64,000 nucleotides of DNA, from positions 18,910,001 through 18,974,000 of the forward strand of contig NC_083237.1 of NCBI RefSeq assembly GCF_032191835.1, given 5' to 3'. The DNA comes from Heteronotia binoei. Taxonomy: Eukaryota. A model generated the notes under the pieces. It was not told where the DNA came from. It saw nothing but the letters and a program-made list of their open reading frames with translations, and ran no database searches. Of the stretch, positions 12,921-26,000 are shown piece after piece. Position 1 is the first letter of the stretch, and each line of letters opens with the position of its first letter. A program made the position numbers and the translations under genes.

Positions 12921-13859
12921 ATGGATCCAGCCAACGGGACTGGAGTGGAGCAATTCATTTTGCTGGGATTTGAGGTTGGGCAGCAGAAACGGTTCCTGCT
13001 TCTGGTCTTTTTCACCATCCTCTATGGGCTCACTCTGGCTGAGAACATCACCATCATCACCCTGGTGCTTCTCGACACCCACCTGGCCCGCCTTCCCATG
13101 TACATCCTGCTGAGCAACTTCTCTTGGATAGAGATGTGTTATGTGAGTGCGACGGTCCCCCGGATGCTCTTTGACCTCACGTCGCCTCGAGGGATCATCT
13201 CCTTCCGCAACTGCTTCATCCAGTTCTACGTCTTCTTTGCTCTTGGCAGCACTGAGTGCTTCTACCTTTCAGCCATGGCCCTAGACCGGTACTTGGCCAT
13301 CTGCCACCCACTGCGCTACCCGCAAATCATGTCCCCAAACTCCTGCTATGGTCTGGTGGGTTCTTGTTGGATCATTGGCTTCCTGTGGTATCTCATCCCA
13401 GCTGTTTTGATCTCCAGGTTGTCCTTCTGCAGCTCCAACGTCATCGACCACTTTTTGTGTGACGCTGGGCCCATTCTGTCCCTGGCCTGCCCTCCGCTAG
13501 GAATTGCCCCCATCATCAGCCAGTTTTGCCTGAACGCTCTCATCATTGGCAATATGTTCTTTGTCGTGCTGTCCTACAGCACCGTGGTTAACACTCTAAT
13601 GAAGACCTCTAGCCAAGGCGGTCGGATGAAGGCCTTCTCTACCATATCGTTTCACTTGTTGGTGGTGACGCTTTTCTATGGCTCGGTGGCAGGGATGTAC
13701 TTGATCCCAGGTGGAGAAAACCAATCAGCAATAACTAAGGCTGTAACACTTTTCTACACTGCGGTGACACCTTTTCTTAACCCTATGATTTACTGCCTGA
13801 GGAACGATCAGGTGAAAGAAGCACTGGTTAGGCTTCTGAAGAGAAAGACAATGATGTAA
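12921..13859 (+). CDS. Intact olfactory receptor, OR11-like, 312 aa, single coding exon
   Basis: Acceptor ctaattccag|ATG; N-glycosylation site NGT; motifs PMYILLSNFS, MALDRYLAICHPLRY, HFLCD, KAFST, PFLNPMIYCLRN; no stops. Confidence 0.95.
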   Translation: MDPANGTGVEQFILLGFEVGQQKRFLLLVFFTILYGLTLAENITIITLVLLDTHLARLPMYILLSNFSWIEMCYVSATVPRMLFDLTSPRGIISFRNCFIQFYVFFALGSTECFYLSAMALDRYLAICHPLRYPQIMSPNSCYGLVGSCWIIGFLWYLIPAVLISRLSFCSSNVIDHFLCDAGPILSLACPPLGIAPIISQFCLNALIIGNMFFVVLSYSTVVNTLMKTSSQGGRMKAFSTISFHLLVVTLFYGSVAGMYLIPGGENQSAITKAVTLFYTAVTPFLNPMIYCLRNDQVKEALVRLLKRKTMM

Positions 13860-14539
13860 ATAAAGGGGAAGGACAGGAAAATGAAAGAAAGGGGGGGTGG
13901 GGAGAACCTTCTGGAAAATTAGGGCAATTGTGTGTGGTGGGGGGGAGTTGTTTCCTCATGGGTTTTTACAACCTGTACGATATATGTATGTGCCACCAAG
14001 TCGCAACCGACTTACGGCAACACCAACAAGTGGATTTGAAACCAAATAATTAAGCAGATGTGGCTTGCTATTGGCCTTCTCTGCCCACCCTTCCTTGGTA
14101 GTCTCCCATCCAAGTACTGATCCTCCTTAGCTTCCAGGAGCTAGTGGCTATCCGTGACCTGGACTAGATGCCCCAAATCAAGGTTTGGAACTAAGTCAGG
14201 GAACAGCTTGTTGGTTTCTCGGCAACAATATACCAAAACGAGACATTTTCCCACTTATACTGAGAAACAAAAGACAAGTCATGAAAATATAAATAATGTG
14301 AAAAATTAGCTAGGCAAGTACCCTGAAACTTAATATTAAGCAATGGTACAATAAAATGGATGCTGTTATACTCTGTGTGTTTATTTGTGCGTGTGTGTAT
14401 GTGTTCTATGAAATGGACCCAACATGAGATGGATTGACTCAGTAAAGGAAGTCACAACCCACAACTGCAAGACCGAAGCGAGGCTGTTATGTTAGAACGT
14501 TTTAGAGGACATTAATTCACAGGGTTGCCATAAATCCAA

Positions 14540-15727
14540 TAGCTGGGAAACAGGGTTAAAACAAATAAAATGAATTTTAAATGTAAAGCTCTGCATTTAG
14601 ATAGGAAAAATCAAATCCATCATTATAGGATGGGGGAGACTTGTCTTGGCAGTAGAATGTGCGAAACCCTGAACATGAGTCAGCAACGTGACATGGCGGC
14701 TAAAAAGGCAAATGTGATTTTGGACTGTATTGACAGTAGTGTCCAGATTATTCGAAGTCAATGTTCCCTCACAGCTACAGAGTCTTGTGAGCAAAAATTC
14801 TACTTTATGAGCTACTAACATTAAAGCTGTGAGCTACTGACATTCTAGTTATGAGCTGCTGCATAAATTAGTATGCTCTGGGGACATCCTTCCTGAGCTA
14901 AGACAAAAATGTGTGAGCTGGAAGCTAAAAATCTGTGAGCTAGCTCATGCTAACTCAGCTTAGAGGGAACACTGCCTGAAGTGATGGTATTGCTTTACTC
15001 CCCTCAGGTCAGTCCTCACCTAGAGTATTGTGTTCAGTTTTAGGCACCACAATTTAAGAAGGATGCAGAACAAGCTGGAATGTGTCCAGAGGAGGGCGAT
15101 GGAGATAGATGGTGAGGGGTCAGGAGACCATCCTATGAGGAAAGCTTGAAGGAGCTGGGTATGTTTAGCCTGGAGAGAAGACGACTGAAAGGGGATATGA
15201 TCACCATCTTCAAGTACTTGAAGGGCTGTCATATAGAGGAAGGTGCTGAGTTCTTTTCTGTTGCCCCAGAAAGTTTTCAGCTAAACGTTAGGAAGAACTT
15301 ATTGAGAGTTAAGAGCAGTTCCTCAGTGGAACAGGCTTCCTCAGAAGGTGGTGGGCTCTCCTTCTTTGGAGGTTTTCCAACAGAGGCTAGATGGCCATCT
15401 GACAGCAATGAGGATTCTGTGGAACTTAGACTGATCATGAAAGGGAAGGCAGGAAGCGTGGCATCAGTGCTTAATTCTTGTGGCTCTTACACACCCAGGA
15501 TGCTGATCACCAGGGATGGAATTCTAGCAGGAGCTCCTTTGCGTATTAGGCCACACCCACCTGATGTAGCCAGTCCTTCCAGAGCTTGCAAAAAAGAGCC
15601 TTGTAAGCTCTTGGAGGATTGGCAGGGGTAACTGGGGCGGGAGGGGGGGGGGGACATGTGAATTTCCTGCATTGCAGCAGGTGTTGGACTAGATGACCTT
15701 GGAGATCCCCTCCAACTCTATGATTCT
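14540..15727 (+). mobile_element. CR1 LINE 3' fragment interrupted by MITEs
   Basis: KCKALHL...AAKKANVILDCI and [27 protein letters not shown]; tail CTCTATGATTCTA; MITE insertions at about 14760-14974 and 15500-15620. Confidence 0.85.
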
Positions 15728-16332
15728 AAGTCAGAAGCAACTTGACGGCACCTGGAAGGTGAGAAGCCTGGTAGGTGTGTTGATGTGACCCACTCCAAGT
15801 GTCAGTGCAGCGAAGACAAAAAGTGTCCACAAAAAATCCCTCGTGAGGACGGCCACAGCCAAAGAACCAGGAGGCAAGCAGCTGGAATGGTGCCGATGTT
15901 TGGGGTTTGTATTGTGTGGGTTCAATGCAATGAAGGCTCGGGAGCTACTCTAGTGTTAAGAAGCAATCTAAAATCAGACTACCATCAAAGCTCACTCAGT
16001 AATCACTCTAGGCTTACTGCGACATCCCAAGCTAAGTTACGTTCTTCTACATCCACTGAAGTCAGTGGTTTGGATGGCACTGCTGGCCAGTTCCCTGTCT
16101 CTTGGGCTAGTTTGTATACTGCAATGAGTTTTAATGCCTCTTCTATTTGGGAGAATTGACCATGAAATGACTACTATTCATAATTAGTCAGCCACTGAGA
16201 TTGGCACTAGCTCAAGGACTTGCTCAGGACCACTGCAAAATGGGAAACAGACCCAGTTCTCTTGCTCCAATTGCAATGTCATTAACATATCTGCACAGTC
16301 AGAAGGGCATTACAACAGGCCATCGTATATGC

Positions 16333-16467
16333 CAGGGGTGGCCAACGGTAGCTCGCCAGATGTTTTTTGCCTACAACTCCCATCAGCCCCAGCCAGCATG
16401 ACTGATGACTGGGGCTGATGGGAGTTGTAGGCAAAAAACATCTGGAGAGCTATCATTGGCCACCCCT
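16333..16467. mobile_element. Short palindromic hAT-type MITE
   Basis: CAGGGGTGGCCAA...TTGGCCACCCCT termini; internal near-perfect inverted repeat. Confidence 0.7.
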
Positions 16468-17453
16468 TATATATGCACTTCTTAATTTGGGGATAGCCGA
16501 CACATATAGATAGAATGGTGTTTGAAATTTGGCTGAAAATCAGATCCCTAGATGAATTGGCGAGCATGTCGACTTAGTAGCAATGAAGAGTGTTTTCCAA
16601 TCTTGATCTGTAAGTGTCTGGGTGAGTGCCATTCTGTGATTCGGTGTTAAATAGCCCCTGTCATGACTGTATAGTAGACATGGCAAATTTCTGTTTTACT
16701 ATAATTTTAAACTCGCTATTTTATGGGTATATGGCTTAAGAGCATTTTAAACCTAACAAACGATTATTTTTTTTAAAAAATGAATGCCATTAACATATTT
16801 AACCACATTTACACTGGGCCCTCCTGCCACCAGGAATCTTGGCAGCAGACAAAGGGGTCTCTCATTCAAGCACTCACCAGACCCCAGGCCTGCTTAGTGT
16901 CAACTCTATCGTGACTTCTTCCCAGAAGCAGGGACAGGACCGGAGGGTCCCACCTCTCCAAACCCACCCCTTCCCCATCCTATGATGGTAAGCAGCTGCA
17001 GCTTACGTTGTTTCACATCACAATTTTTTTATAGGGAGCCTGCCACCTCAGGACGACACTGTTTCAGGGAATTCCACCAGACTTACACCAGGAAAAGAAG
17101 AAAGCCACTTCAGCATCATTAACGTTGTTTTGTCTCTGAACTTCCCCGGCTCGCTTGCTTGGCCTTCCCCCACAGGAGCCAATTAAGAAAATGAGCTGGC
17201 TGGTTGCAACACTTGCTGAAGCTGGGCAATTAGGTGGCAGGCTTTGCCAGGCTAAGTCGAGAGAGGTCGCAGGGAGGTGAGCCCAGGGCAGAATTTGTAT
17301 TTCTTTAGTTGTCCGCTAGCAGGGTGATCCTTGGTTGATTCTTTGTTCAAATTTAACAAGGCTCCTTAAAGCCTTGGGGAGAAGGGGAAGCTTGAAATGG
17401 CACAGAAGGGAGAAATGTCTGCTGCAACCATTTCCCCTCAGCTGGAAGAGTAC

Positions 17454-17960
17454 AGATCATAGAATCATACAGTTGGAAGGGACCTCCAGGGTCATCTAGT
17501 CCAACCCCCCTGCACAATGCAGGAAACCCACAAACACCTCCCCCTAAATCCACATGATCTTCATTGCTGTCAGACGGCCATCTAGCCTCTGTTTAAAAAC
17601 CCCCAAGGAAGGAGAACCCACCACCTCCCAAAGAAGCCTGTTCCACTGAGGAATCGCTCTAACGGTCAGGAAGTTCTTCCTAATGTTGAGCCAGAAATTC
17701 TTTTGATTTAATTTCAACGCATTGGTTCTGGTTCTACTTTCTGCGGCCACAGAAAACAATTCTACACCCTCCTCTATATGAAAGCCCTTCCAAGTCCTTG
17801 AAGATGGTGATCATATCACCGCTCAGCCGTCTCCTCTCCAGGCTAAACATGCCCAGCTCCTTCAACCTTTCCTCATAGGACTTGGTCTCCAGACCCCTCA
17901 CCATCTTCAGCGCCCTCCTCTGGACCCGTTCCAGCTTGTCTATATCCTTCTTAAATTGTG
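17454..17960 (-). mobile_element. CR1 LINE 3' fragment
   Basis: [41 protein letters not shown]; ATTCTATGAT tail. Confidence 0.88.
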
Positions 17961-19784
17961 GTCCAGGTTGGGAAATTTCTGGAGGTTTGGGGATGGAGCC
18001 AGGGGAGGACGGGGACCTGAATGGAGTATGATGCCAGAGTCCACCCTCCAAAGCAGCCATTTTCTGATCTCTATAGTCTGGAGATGAGCTCTAACTCTGG
18101 GAGGGGGGATCCCCAGGCGCCACCTGGAGGCTGGCATCCCTAGCAGTAGAAGAAGTTAACCTGTTGGAATTTTCTTCTGTGCACGACTGATAAAAAGTTC
18201 TGTACAGAAACTGGCAATTCTAGCTATTAGCAAAAGGTAGAGGGAAGGTTAGCTGGTATAGTTGGCGGTGGGGGGGGGACAAATTATTAGGATAATGGAG
18301 TGGGAATGAAGAGAAGGAGGGCAGGTCTTGCAAGCAGAAGGCCCTTGTGTATCCTGCGACTGCATGGCCCCTTTGCTCTCAAAGGCATTTCCAGTGTTCC
18401 CTCTAAGCTGAGTTGGTATGAGCCAGCTCAGTTTTTTAGCCTCGTCTTAGCTCAGGGAAAATGGTCCCAGAGCAAACTAATTTATGGAGGAGCTCACAAT
18501 TTTAATGCCAGGAGCTCACAACCTTAATTCCAGTCACTCACAAGGTAGAATTTTTGCTCACAAGACTCCACAACTTAGCGGGAACACTTTCTTCCATTCC
18601 CGTGTGGATAACATAGAAGTGCAGCTCATTTTGGCTGGGATGTGCCTTTGATTTTAAAATGTGCCTTTAGTGCTTTCTATGCCCTAACCAGGCTAGCCTG
18701 ATCTCATCATATCTCAGAAGCTAAGCAGGGTTTGGTCCTGGTCAGTATTTGGGAGACCACTGATGCTCCCTCTTAGCTGTGCAGACCTGTGAGCTAAAAT
18801 TCTACTTTGTGAGCTACTGGCATTAAAGTGGTGAGCTACTGCATCAATTAGTTTGCTCTTGGGCTATTTTCCCTGAGCTATGACAAAAATGTGTGTGCCA
18901 GAGGCTAAAAAACTGTGAGCTAGCTCGCACTAGCTCAGCTTAGAGAGAACACTGGAGACCACCAAGGAATACCAGGATCGTGACCTGGAGGCAAGCAATG
19001 GCAAACCACCTTTGCACCTCTCGTCTTGGAAACCCCACCAGGGGTCACCATAAGTCAGCTGTGACTGGACAGCAAAAAAAAGAAGGGAGGCTTTCTAGTC
19101 CCCCCCCCTCATCAGCATTCACACAACCAGTGAGAGGGAAACTCAGATTTTGGGTCATGTTACACCTTCTATGAAATTTTGTGGGAACTACATGCCAATA
19201 TATTTAAATGCTGAACAGAAAACTGGCTGGTATAGTAGAGGGGATATGCTTAACTCTGTCCCAGCTGTTTATTTTTCCTGCTCACAATTGCAGGCAGTTA
19301 TCTACTTTTTCCTCTTCCATGAGAAGTTACAGTCCCAGTATCTTTTCCCCATATGGCAAAAGTAAAGCTGCAGGGGGCAGGGAGGGGGGGTGAAGCCAAG
19401 TTATGACCTCCCAGTCTTGCTGTCAAGAATGCAGCCTCGTGTCACATGTCGTTCAGCCCTGAAGTTCCACATCTCACACTTACAAATGACCTTCAGGAGT
19501 CTATGAAATTGAACTCAGATCTTAAAGAGGACACCAGGGGGCAGCAGTGTGTAAAGGATGGGGAAGTGGAAGGGAAGATGTTCCTTGATTTCCAGCCCAC
19601 TCATTCCTGAAAGTCACACTCATCGCTTAAGCCTCCTGGTGAAATGCCAGCAGGCCTCATAACAGACAGCGAGACTTGTAGGATTGGTGCAAGCAGCTGA
19701 TGCAGCACACAGAATAAGAAGCAAAGGCCTTCCCAGCAGGGCCCCTTTCTGTCCTTCCAGGGCCCCTTTCTAATTCCTCTAGGA

Positions 19785-20054
19785 CGGGGTGGCCAAACTG
19801 TGGCTCTTTCACACGTATTGTGTGGCTCTCAAAGCCCCCACTGCCCCATCGGCCGGCTTGGAGAAGGCATTTCTCTCTTTAAACCACTTCTCCAAGCCAA
19901 GCCAGCTGGCTGCTTGGAGAATATATTTAAAGTTGTTTTCTTTCCACCTCTCCCCCTCCATTTGCCTGCCTGCCTGCCAGCCTGCCTTTCGGCTCTCAAA
20001 CATCTGAGGCTTAGTCTATGTGGCTCTTACGTTAAGCAAGTTTGGCCACCCCTG
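19785..20054. mobile_element. hAT-type MITE with CAGGGGTGGCCAAAC TIRs
   Basis: TIRs at both ends. Relatives at about 9226-9617, 30225-30506, 42490-42690, 51125-51375. Confidence 0.7.
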
Positions 20055-20844
20055 CTCTAGGATGAGACCAGCTTCAGGACCCTCAGGGACCACTCCATCC
20101 TCCAAGGGCCAGAGACAGGCTTTGTCTCAAACACTGAGGCCCCTGGCCAAGCGGCCAGGCTCCACAATAAATACCAGAGACACCTAGAAGGGATTCCTAG
20201 TTAAGAAGCACAGGCATTCACACACAACTGTACAAATGAGAAGATGTGCACACTGTTACACACTCATAGACAGGCTTGTTCACAACTCAGTGCACAACTC
20301 CCTTCTTTCTTACAGCTGGAAAAGCCCCTCCTTTTTATTTACAGCTGTAACTCCACACACACACTTTGTAATAGAAACTATGGGCATTTTTGTTAACAGA
20401 TGGTAGGGCCATCAGAGGCCAGCTAATCTTGCCAGGGAGGCGTTGACCACACCCACAGGCTGCTACTGCCCACTGGGAGCTCTTGTCAAAATACAGAAGA
20501 CAGGCCAAGCCCGCTCATTCCCAAACCTCTAGCCCTGAAGCAAGGATCTCTCTTGCACTCTGCTGGCCCGCTGGTTCTTTGCAGGGGTCACACAACCTCC
20601 CTCAGCGGATGATTGCAAATCAGGAGGAAGAGGCGTTTAGAACTTGTGAGGGGCAAAAAGGGAACATTCAGGCTTTCAGGCAGGTCTTTCTCTGTGCTTC
20701 TGAGGAGAGTGGAGGAGAACTGTTTTATACCACTCAGCTCACTCTGAAGATTTCTCACTCAGGCCTTCCAAAAGAGGTGCACAGCAATAAAAGTTGGTTA
20801 ACAGTTATCAGGGCACAAAAGTTTCACAGAATGAACACCAGGGC

Positions 20845-21342
20845 CAGGGCTTTTTTTGGTAGCAGGGGCTCCTTTGCATATTAGGCCACACACCCCTGAT
20901 GTAGCCAATCCTCCAAGAGCTTGGAATTCTAGCAGGGGCTCCTTTGCATATTAGGCCACACACCCCTGATGTAGCCAATCCTCCAAGAGCTTTCAGGGCT
21001 CTTCTTACAGGGCCTACCGTCAGCTCCAGAAGGACTGGCTACATCAGGGGTGTGCGGCCTAATATGCAAAGGAGTTCCTGCTACAAAAAAAGTCCTAACC
21101 AGGGCCATACCCAACAAGGGGGCACAGGGGTGATGCCCCTGTAGAATCTGCAGGAGCCCCACCAAGGCTTTTCTTGTAGCAGCAGCTCCTTTGCATATTA
21201 GACCACACAGCCCTGATGTAGCCAATCCTCCTGGAGCTTCCAGGGCTCTTCTTACAGGGCTACTGTAAGCCCCAGGAAGACTGGTTACCTCATGGGGGTG
21301 TGGCCTAATAGGGAAAGGAGTTCCTGCTACCAAAAAAAGCCA
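20845..21342. mobile_element. Cluster of palindromic hAT MITEs (CAGGGCTTTTTT TIR family)
   Basis: Repeated CTCCTTTGCATATTAGGCCACACACCCCTGATGTAGCCAATCC arms. Relatives at about 3360-3572, 22135-22300, 29357-29540, 34010-34195 (8-bp TSD GCTATATT), 48046-48247. Confidence 0.75.
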
Positions 21343-21789
21343 TGCCCCCATCCACTCTTCAGTGAAATTGAAGGCTGGAGAAGACTGGATGAGGTGCTGC
21401 AAAATCTTCAATTGTAACCCCTCCTGGGGCTTACAAAATCTATAGGGAGCAGTGCCCCATGTCCCCCATGCTGGCTACAGCCCTGATGTACACCTCAGAG
21501 GGCGTGTATCATATGAATATATCACAAACATACCTCTACAGATAAAGCTGCCTCGCCTCTGGTGCTGTTTGTATGTCCTGATTTTTCATTTATCAGTGTG
21601 TTTGATGAGCAGTAGCGGGATTAAAAGTTAAGAACCACTGCCCTGGTCTCTCTCCCAGGGCTGCTACACAGACAAAATTCAATGCCATGTCTTAAACCTC
21701 TCTCGAGCAACTTCTAAATCCAATACGATGTCCTTCTGACATCTGGGAATCCCGACAAAGGACACCACACCGAGGGCAAAAAACAAATA

Positions 21790-21795
21790 TTTATT
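21790..21795 (-). terminator. Candidate TTC5 polyadenylation signal
   Basis: AATAAA on the minus strand about 1.1 kb after the stop, in unique sequence; not confirmable without transcripts. Confidence 0.35.
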
Positions 21796-22880
21796 GCCTA
21801 GGGAGAACAGTCTGAAAAATGTATTAAAAAACCTTACAAAAGCGAACTCAAACTTTTGCCAAATAAATACGGGTTATCTCCTATACATATATACACACAC
21901 GCATTCACTCACACACGAGGATAACAGACCTTAAGCAATCAGGGTTTTGCAAAAGGCTTCGAGCCCAAGGATTTGAAGGGCCCAAACTCAACTGAACCGG
22001 AGTGAGCAACTGGCCTCCAACAGTGAAGACTAAAACAATGTCTTGAAAGTGGGAGAAGTCTGAGGGCAAATGCTAGCTTGGGAATCACTGGATTCCCTTG
22101 GAAAGCTGCAGCTATTTCCCCTAATCAAAACCCTCAGGCCTTTTTTGGTAACAGGACCTCCTTTGCATATTAGGCCACACACCCTGATGTAGCCAATCCT
22201 CCAAGAACTCACAGGGCTTACTGTAAGCTCCAGGATTGGCTATATCAGGGGTGTGTGGCCTAATATGCAAAGGAGCTCCTGCTACCAAAAAAAACACCTG
22301 GAAACCATCACCGTCCACCTTCCCCAGGCAGGGGAAATATGAAAGGCATCTTCTCTTGGCTGCTGCTTTTCCCTTCCAGGAAGTCTGACATGGGAAATCA
22401 CACAGGGTTTTTGGTTTTTAAATGGTGACTTCATTCAGGACCTGCTGCAGCTGATTTTTAAGGCTCAGCTACGTATTTGGGGATCTGACTGCAGATCCTC
22501 AACGTCACACCTAGCATGACTTTGAAAGAACAGACAAGGAGGGGCATCACAGGCCCCCTCTCTCTTTTTTTTTTCCTGACCGATAAAGCCTTGTTTTGTT
22601 CAAAATGGTCAATCCAAGCACAGGCAGGACTGGAATGCTTTCGAGGAGCCGAGCAAAGCTATTCTCCAGGCGGAGCACACGCTCAAACGGCATTTCCTTC
22701 CCCCATCTCTTCCCTTCAGCTCTACAATGCCCAAACAGGAGACACAACCAGCGCCATTATCCTAAGTCACGGTTCGTCTCGGTCTGCTAAGTGCCACCCT
22801 CAATACAGGCCAGAAGGCAAACTCTGCTAGATAGGCAGTGAGGGGAGGCGCACCTTCATTCCTCCCCCCACCCACCCCAG

Positions 22881-23000
22881 TCATTCACTCTGTGCCTGGT
22901 AAGCCACCGTGGCAGCAGCCTGGCTCTGGGATCCCTGCACCTTGCCATTCACCACCAGCAGCAGGGGGGTCTCCACACGGATGCTCGAGAAGGCGAATGT
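22881..23000 (-). CDS. TTC5: TTC5 exon 10 (to stop codon)
   Basis: [39 protein letters not shown]; acceptor tttccag. Confidence 0.95.
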   Translation of the reverse strand, partial: TFAFSSIRVETPLLLVVNGKVQGSQSQAAATVAYQAQSE

Positions 23001-26000
23001 CTGGAAAGGAAAAAGGAGAGAGGGGGAGACTGAATCTTCCACCCAGTCAAATTAGGACCTGCTCCCCTGGGAATCGTAACAGTTACTGCACTGTGAAAGA
23101 GGAATGGGACTTCTGCGTTTTTTGACAACTGAAAGAAAGTTGTAAAAGCACTGGTTTGGTGTAGTGGTTAAGTGCATGGACTCTTATATGGGAGAACCGG
23201 ATTTGATTCCTCATTCCTCCACATGCAACGGCTGGGTGACCTTTGGCAAGCCACAGTTCTGGCAGAACTGTTTCCTCAAGAGCAGTTTCTGTCAGAGCTC
23301 TCTCAGCCCCACCTCCCTCACAGGCAGTGTTCCCTCTAAGCAGTTAGTGTGAGCTAGCTCACAGTTTTTTAGCCTCCAGCTCACATGTTTTTGTCTTGGC
23401 TCAGGAAGGATGGTCCCGGAGCAAACTAATTATGCTCACTCACAACCTTTTAATGCTTGTAGCTCACAAGACTCCACAGCTTAGAGGGAGCACTGCTCAC
23501 AGGGTGTCTGTTGCGGGGAGGGAATGAGAAAGAAGATCGTAAGCCGCTCTGAGACTCCAAGTGAAGGGCAGAGTAGAAATCCAAACTCTTCTTCTCTTCT
23601 CATTTAAAATGAAGGCTAGAGGCCTGAAAGCTGTTTTTAACCCAGATGAGCTGCCTTATACTAAACCAGACCACTGGTCCATCAAAGATCAGTCTTGTCT
23701 ATTCTAACCGGCAGTGGCTCCTGCAGAGTCTCAGGCAGACATATTTCACATCAAATACTGCATGGTCCTTTCAAATGGAGATGCCGAGGATTGAAGTTGA
23801 ACCTGGGACCTTCTGCATGTCAAGCACAGGTTCTTCCACTGAGCCATTCCTGCTTGCAAAATATGTCCCCAGGGAACAATTTTCACTCAGCAACAACTGA
23901 TCCATGGTTGAGCCACAGCAGCCGTATGGGGGGGGGGGGGGGGCAAACGGCAAGTTTTGCATTGTTTCCCCTGTTTTAAGAGTTGGTTGTTTCCAATACT
24001 CAAGGAATTCAGTTCAGCCTGCCCCAACTATGCAACTTCGGGGGTCTGGGATTATATGAGGCCCCTTGCTCATGCTAGGTGCTGGAGCACGGAAAGGCAG
24101 GGTGAAGGAGAGGGCAACCCAGGCTCACCTTGCCTTGATGCTGGATGTGATGGTGCCGAAGGTGAGGCTCGGGAATAGCCACCGAGTCCCCAATCAGAAC
24201 CCCCCAGCTTTGGGCCATGTTGTAAACGGTCACAGCAAAACAGGAGCCCTCAGCGGAGTCCGTCAAGCCAAAAGTGCTGTAAAGAAATAGAAAGGAAAGG
24301 ACGAAAAAGCATCCAGGTGCATCAGTGAGGGTGAGTGGAGAGACAAGCATTCCCGCATAATACACAATGACAAACTGATGACGCTTGGGTGAGGTTTGTT
24401 TTGTTTAAGCTGAATGGAGCTCTTAACTGTTTCTCTTGTGTTGAGTCCCTACTTTGAGGAAAAGCAGAATATAAATATTTTAAACAAATAACAAATAAAA
24501 GATTCAAGAAGCTGGTTGTGTCCTATGAAGTTCTAGAACTGATGCCTAAACTGAGCTAAAAATGTCCTGTTATAAAGAAGAAGAATTGCAGATTTATACC
24601 CTGCCCTTCTCTCTGAATCAGAGACTCAAAGCGGCTTACAATCTCCTATATCTTCTCCCCCCACAACAGATCCTGTGAGGTGGGTGGGGCTGAGAGAGCT
24701 CTCACAGCAGCTGCCCTTTCAAGGACAACTCCTCCGAGAGCTATGGCTGACCCCAGGCCATTCCAGTAGCTACAAATGGAGGAGTGGGGAATCAAACCCG
24801 GTTATCCCAGATAAGAGTCTGCACACTTCACCACTACACCAAACTGACTCTAAAACACATCAAAACGCACCATCCACCCCATTTGAATGCCAAGGGTACC
24901 TAGAGGGGAGCTCTTGGTAGATTATTCTTGTTGGAACTGCCTTTGCTTGGAGGTCTACTGAAACCTTAGCCTGAACACATTTCGGAATCAAAGTCAACAT
25001 ATTTCTTTTTATTTAAGCAAGCAAACATTAGAAGAGTGAAAAAAGGGGAACTGGGGAGAGCTCCTGCCGGTTGCAGTTCTCAGCTGTGTTTTTTGTCCCT
25101 TGCCTGTAGACCTAAAGGCTGGGTAAAGCCAGAGGCACCAACCCTCGGAGGACAGCCAAAGGGCTAGTTGAATAAGAAAAAGAGAATGAAATTAGCAAAG
25201 GCAAAAGCTACGCGTACAGGGGGGCCATGGAGAGATTGACACATGTGGGATGGATACTCACAAAGGCACCTTCTCCTCTGTGGTCAGGCTGAAGAGAACT
25301 TTTCCCAGCACCACAGTGCCTGGGTTAACCCCAGCCCTCAGGGTGTTCAGGGGCCGCTGCTTCAGCTCCACCTTCTGACCCGAAGGGCCCTGGTAACGTC
25401 CATCCCCACAGGGGCCTAGCTGAGAGGGACGCAGGCTTCCCAGCATGCTTTGCAGCCTCTTCCCTTTCACCTTTCCCTGAAAGGGAGAGAGCAGCAGGTT
25501 TCGTCAGTGTGGCTGAGGGGACTGCGTTCCTAAACACACAAGGCTGCGGAAGGGCAAGGCATCTGGTCTCGTTGCCACGATACCTTATTTTCAAGGAGGC
25601 TGGTGAGCCTCTCCAGGAAATCGACAAGGTGGTTGCTTCCGTTGACGTGGTTCTGGCCAAGCTGGGTCGAGGGCTCCGGCCTGCGCAAAACCCTCCAGAG
25701 CCGCCGTGTAGTTTTCTTCATACTTATAGAGCTACCCAAAAAGAACAAAGCACAGAGTGATGGGTTAGAAAAGAGGGGGAAATTCCCAAAGGAATTAGAA
25801 CTTGTAGCACTGTAAATATGAACATATGAAGCTGCCTTATACTGAATCAGACCCCTGGTCCATCAAAGTCAGTATTGTCTTCTCAGACTGGCAGCGGCTC
25901 TCCAGGGTCTCAAGCTGAGGTTTTTCACACCTATTTGCCTGGACCCTTTTTTTGGAGATGCCAGGAATTGAACCTGGAACCTTCTGCTTCCCAAGCAGAT

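Noticed and set aside
17020-17330. Possible OR enhancer (two CAATTA homeodomain-like sites and an O/E-like TTTCAGGGA)
   Set aside because: Short motifs expected by chance, not in a clear composite arrangement; needs conservation or ATAC data.
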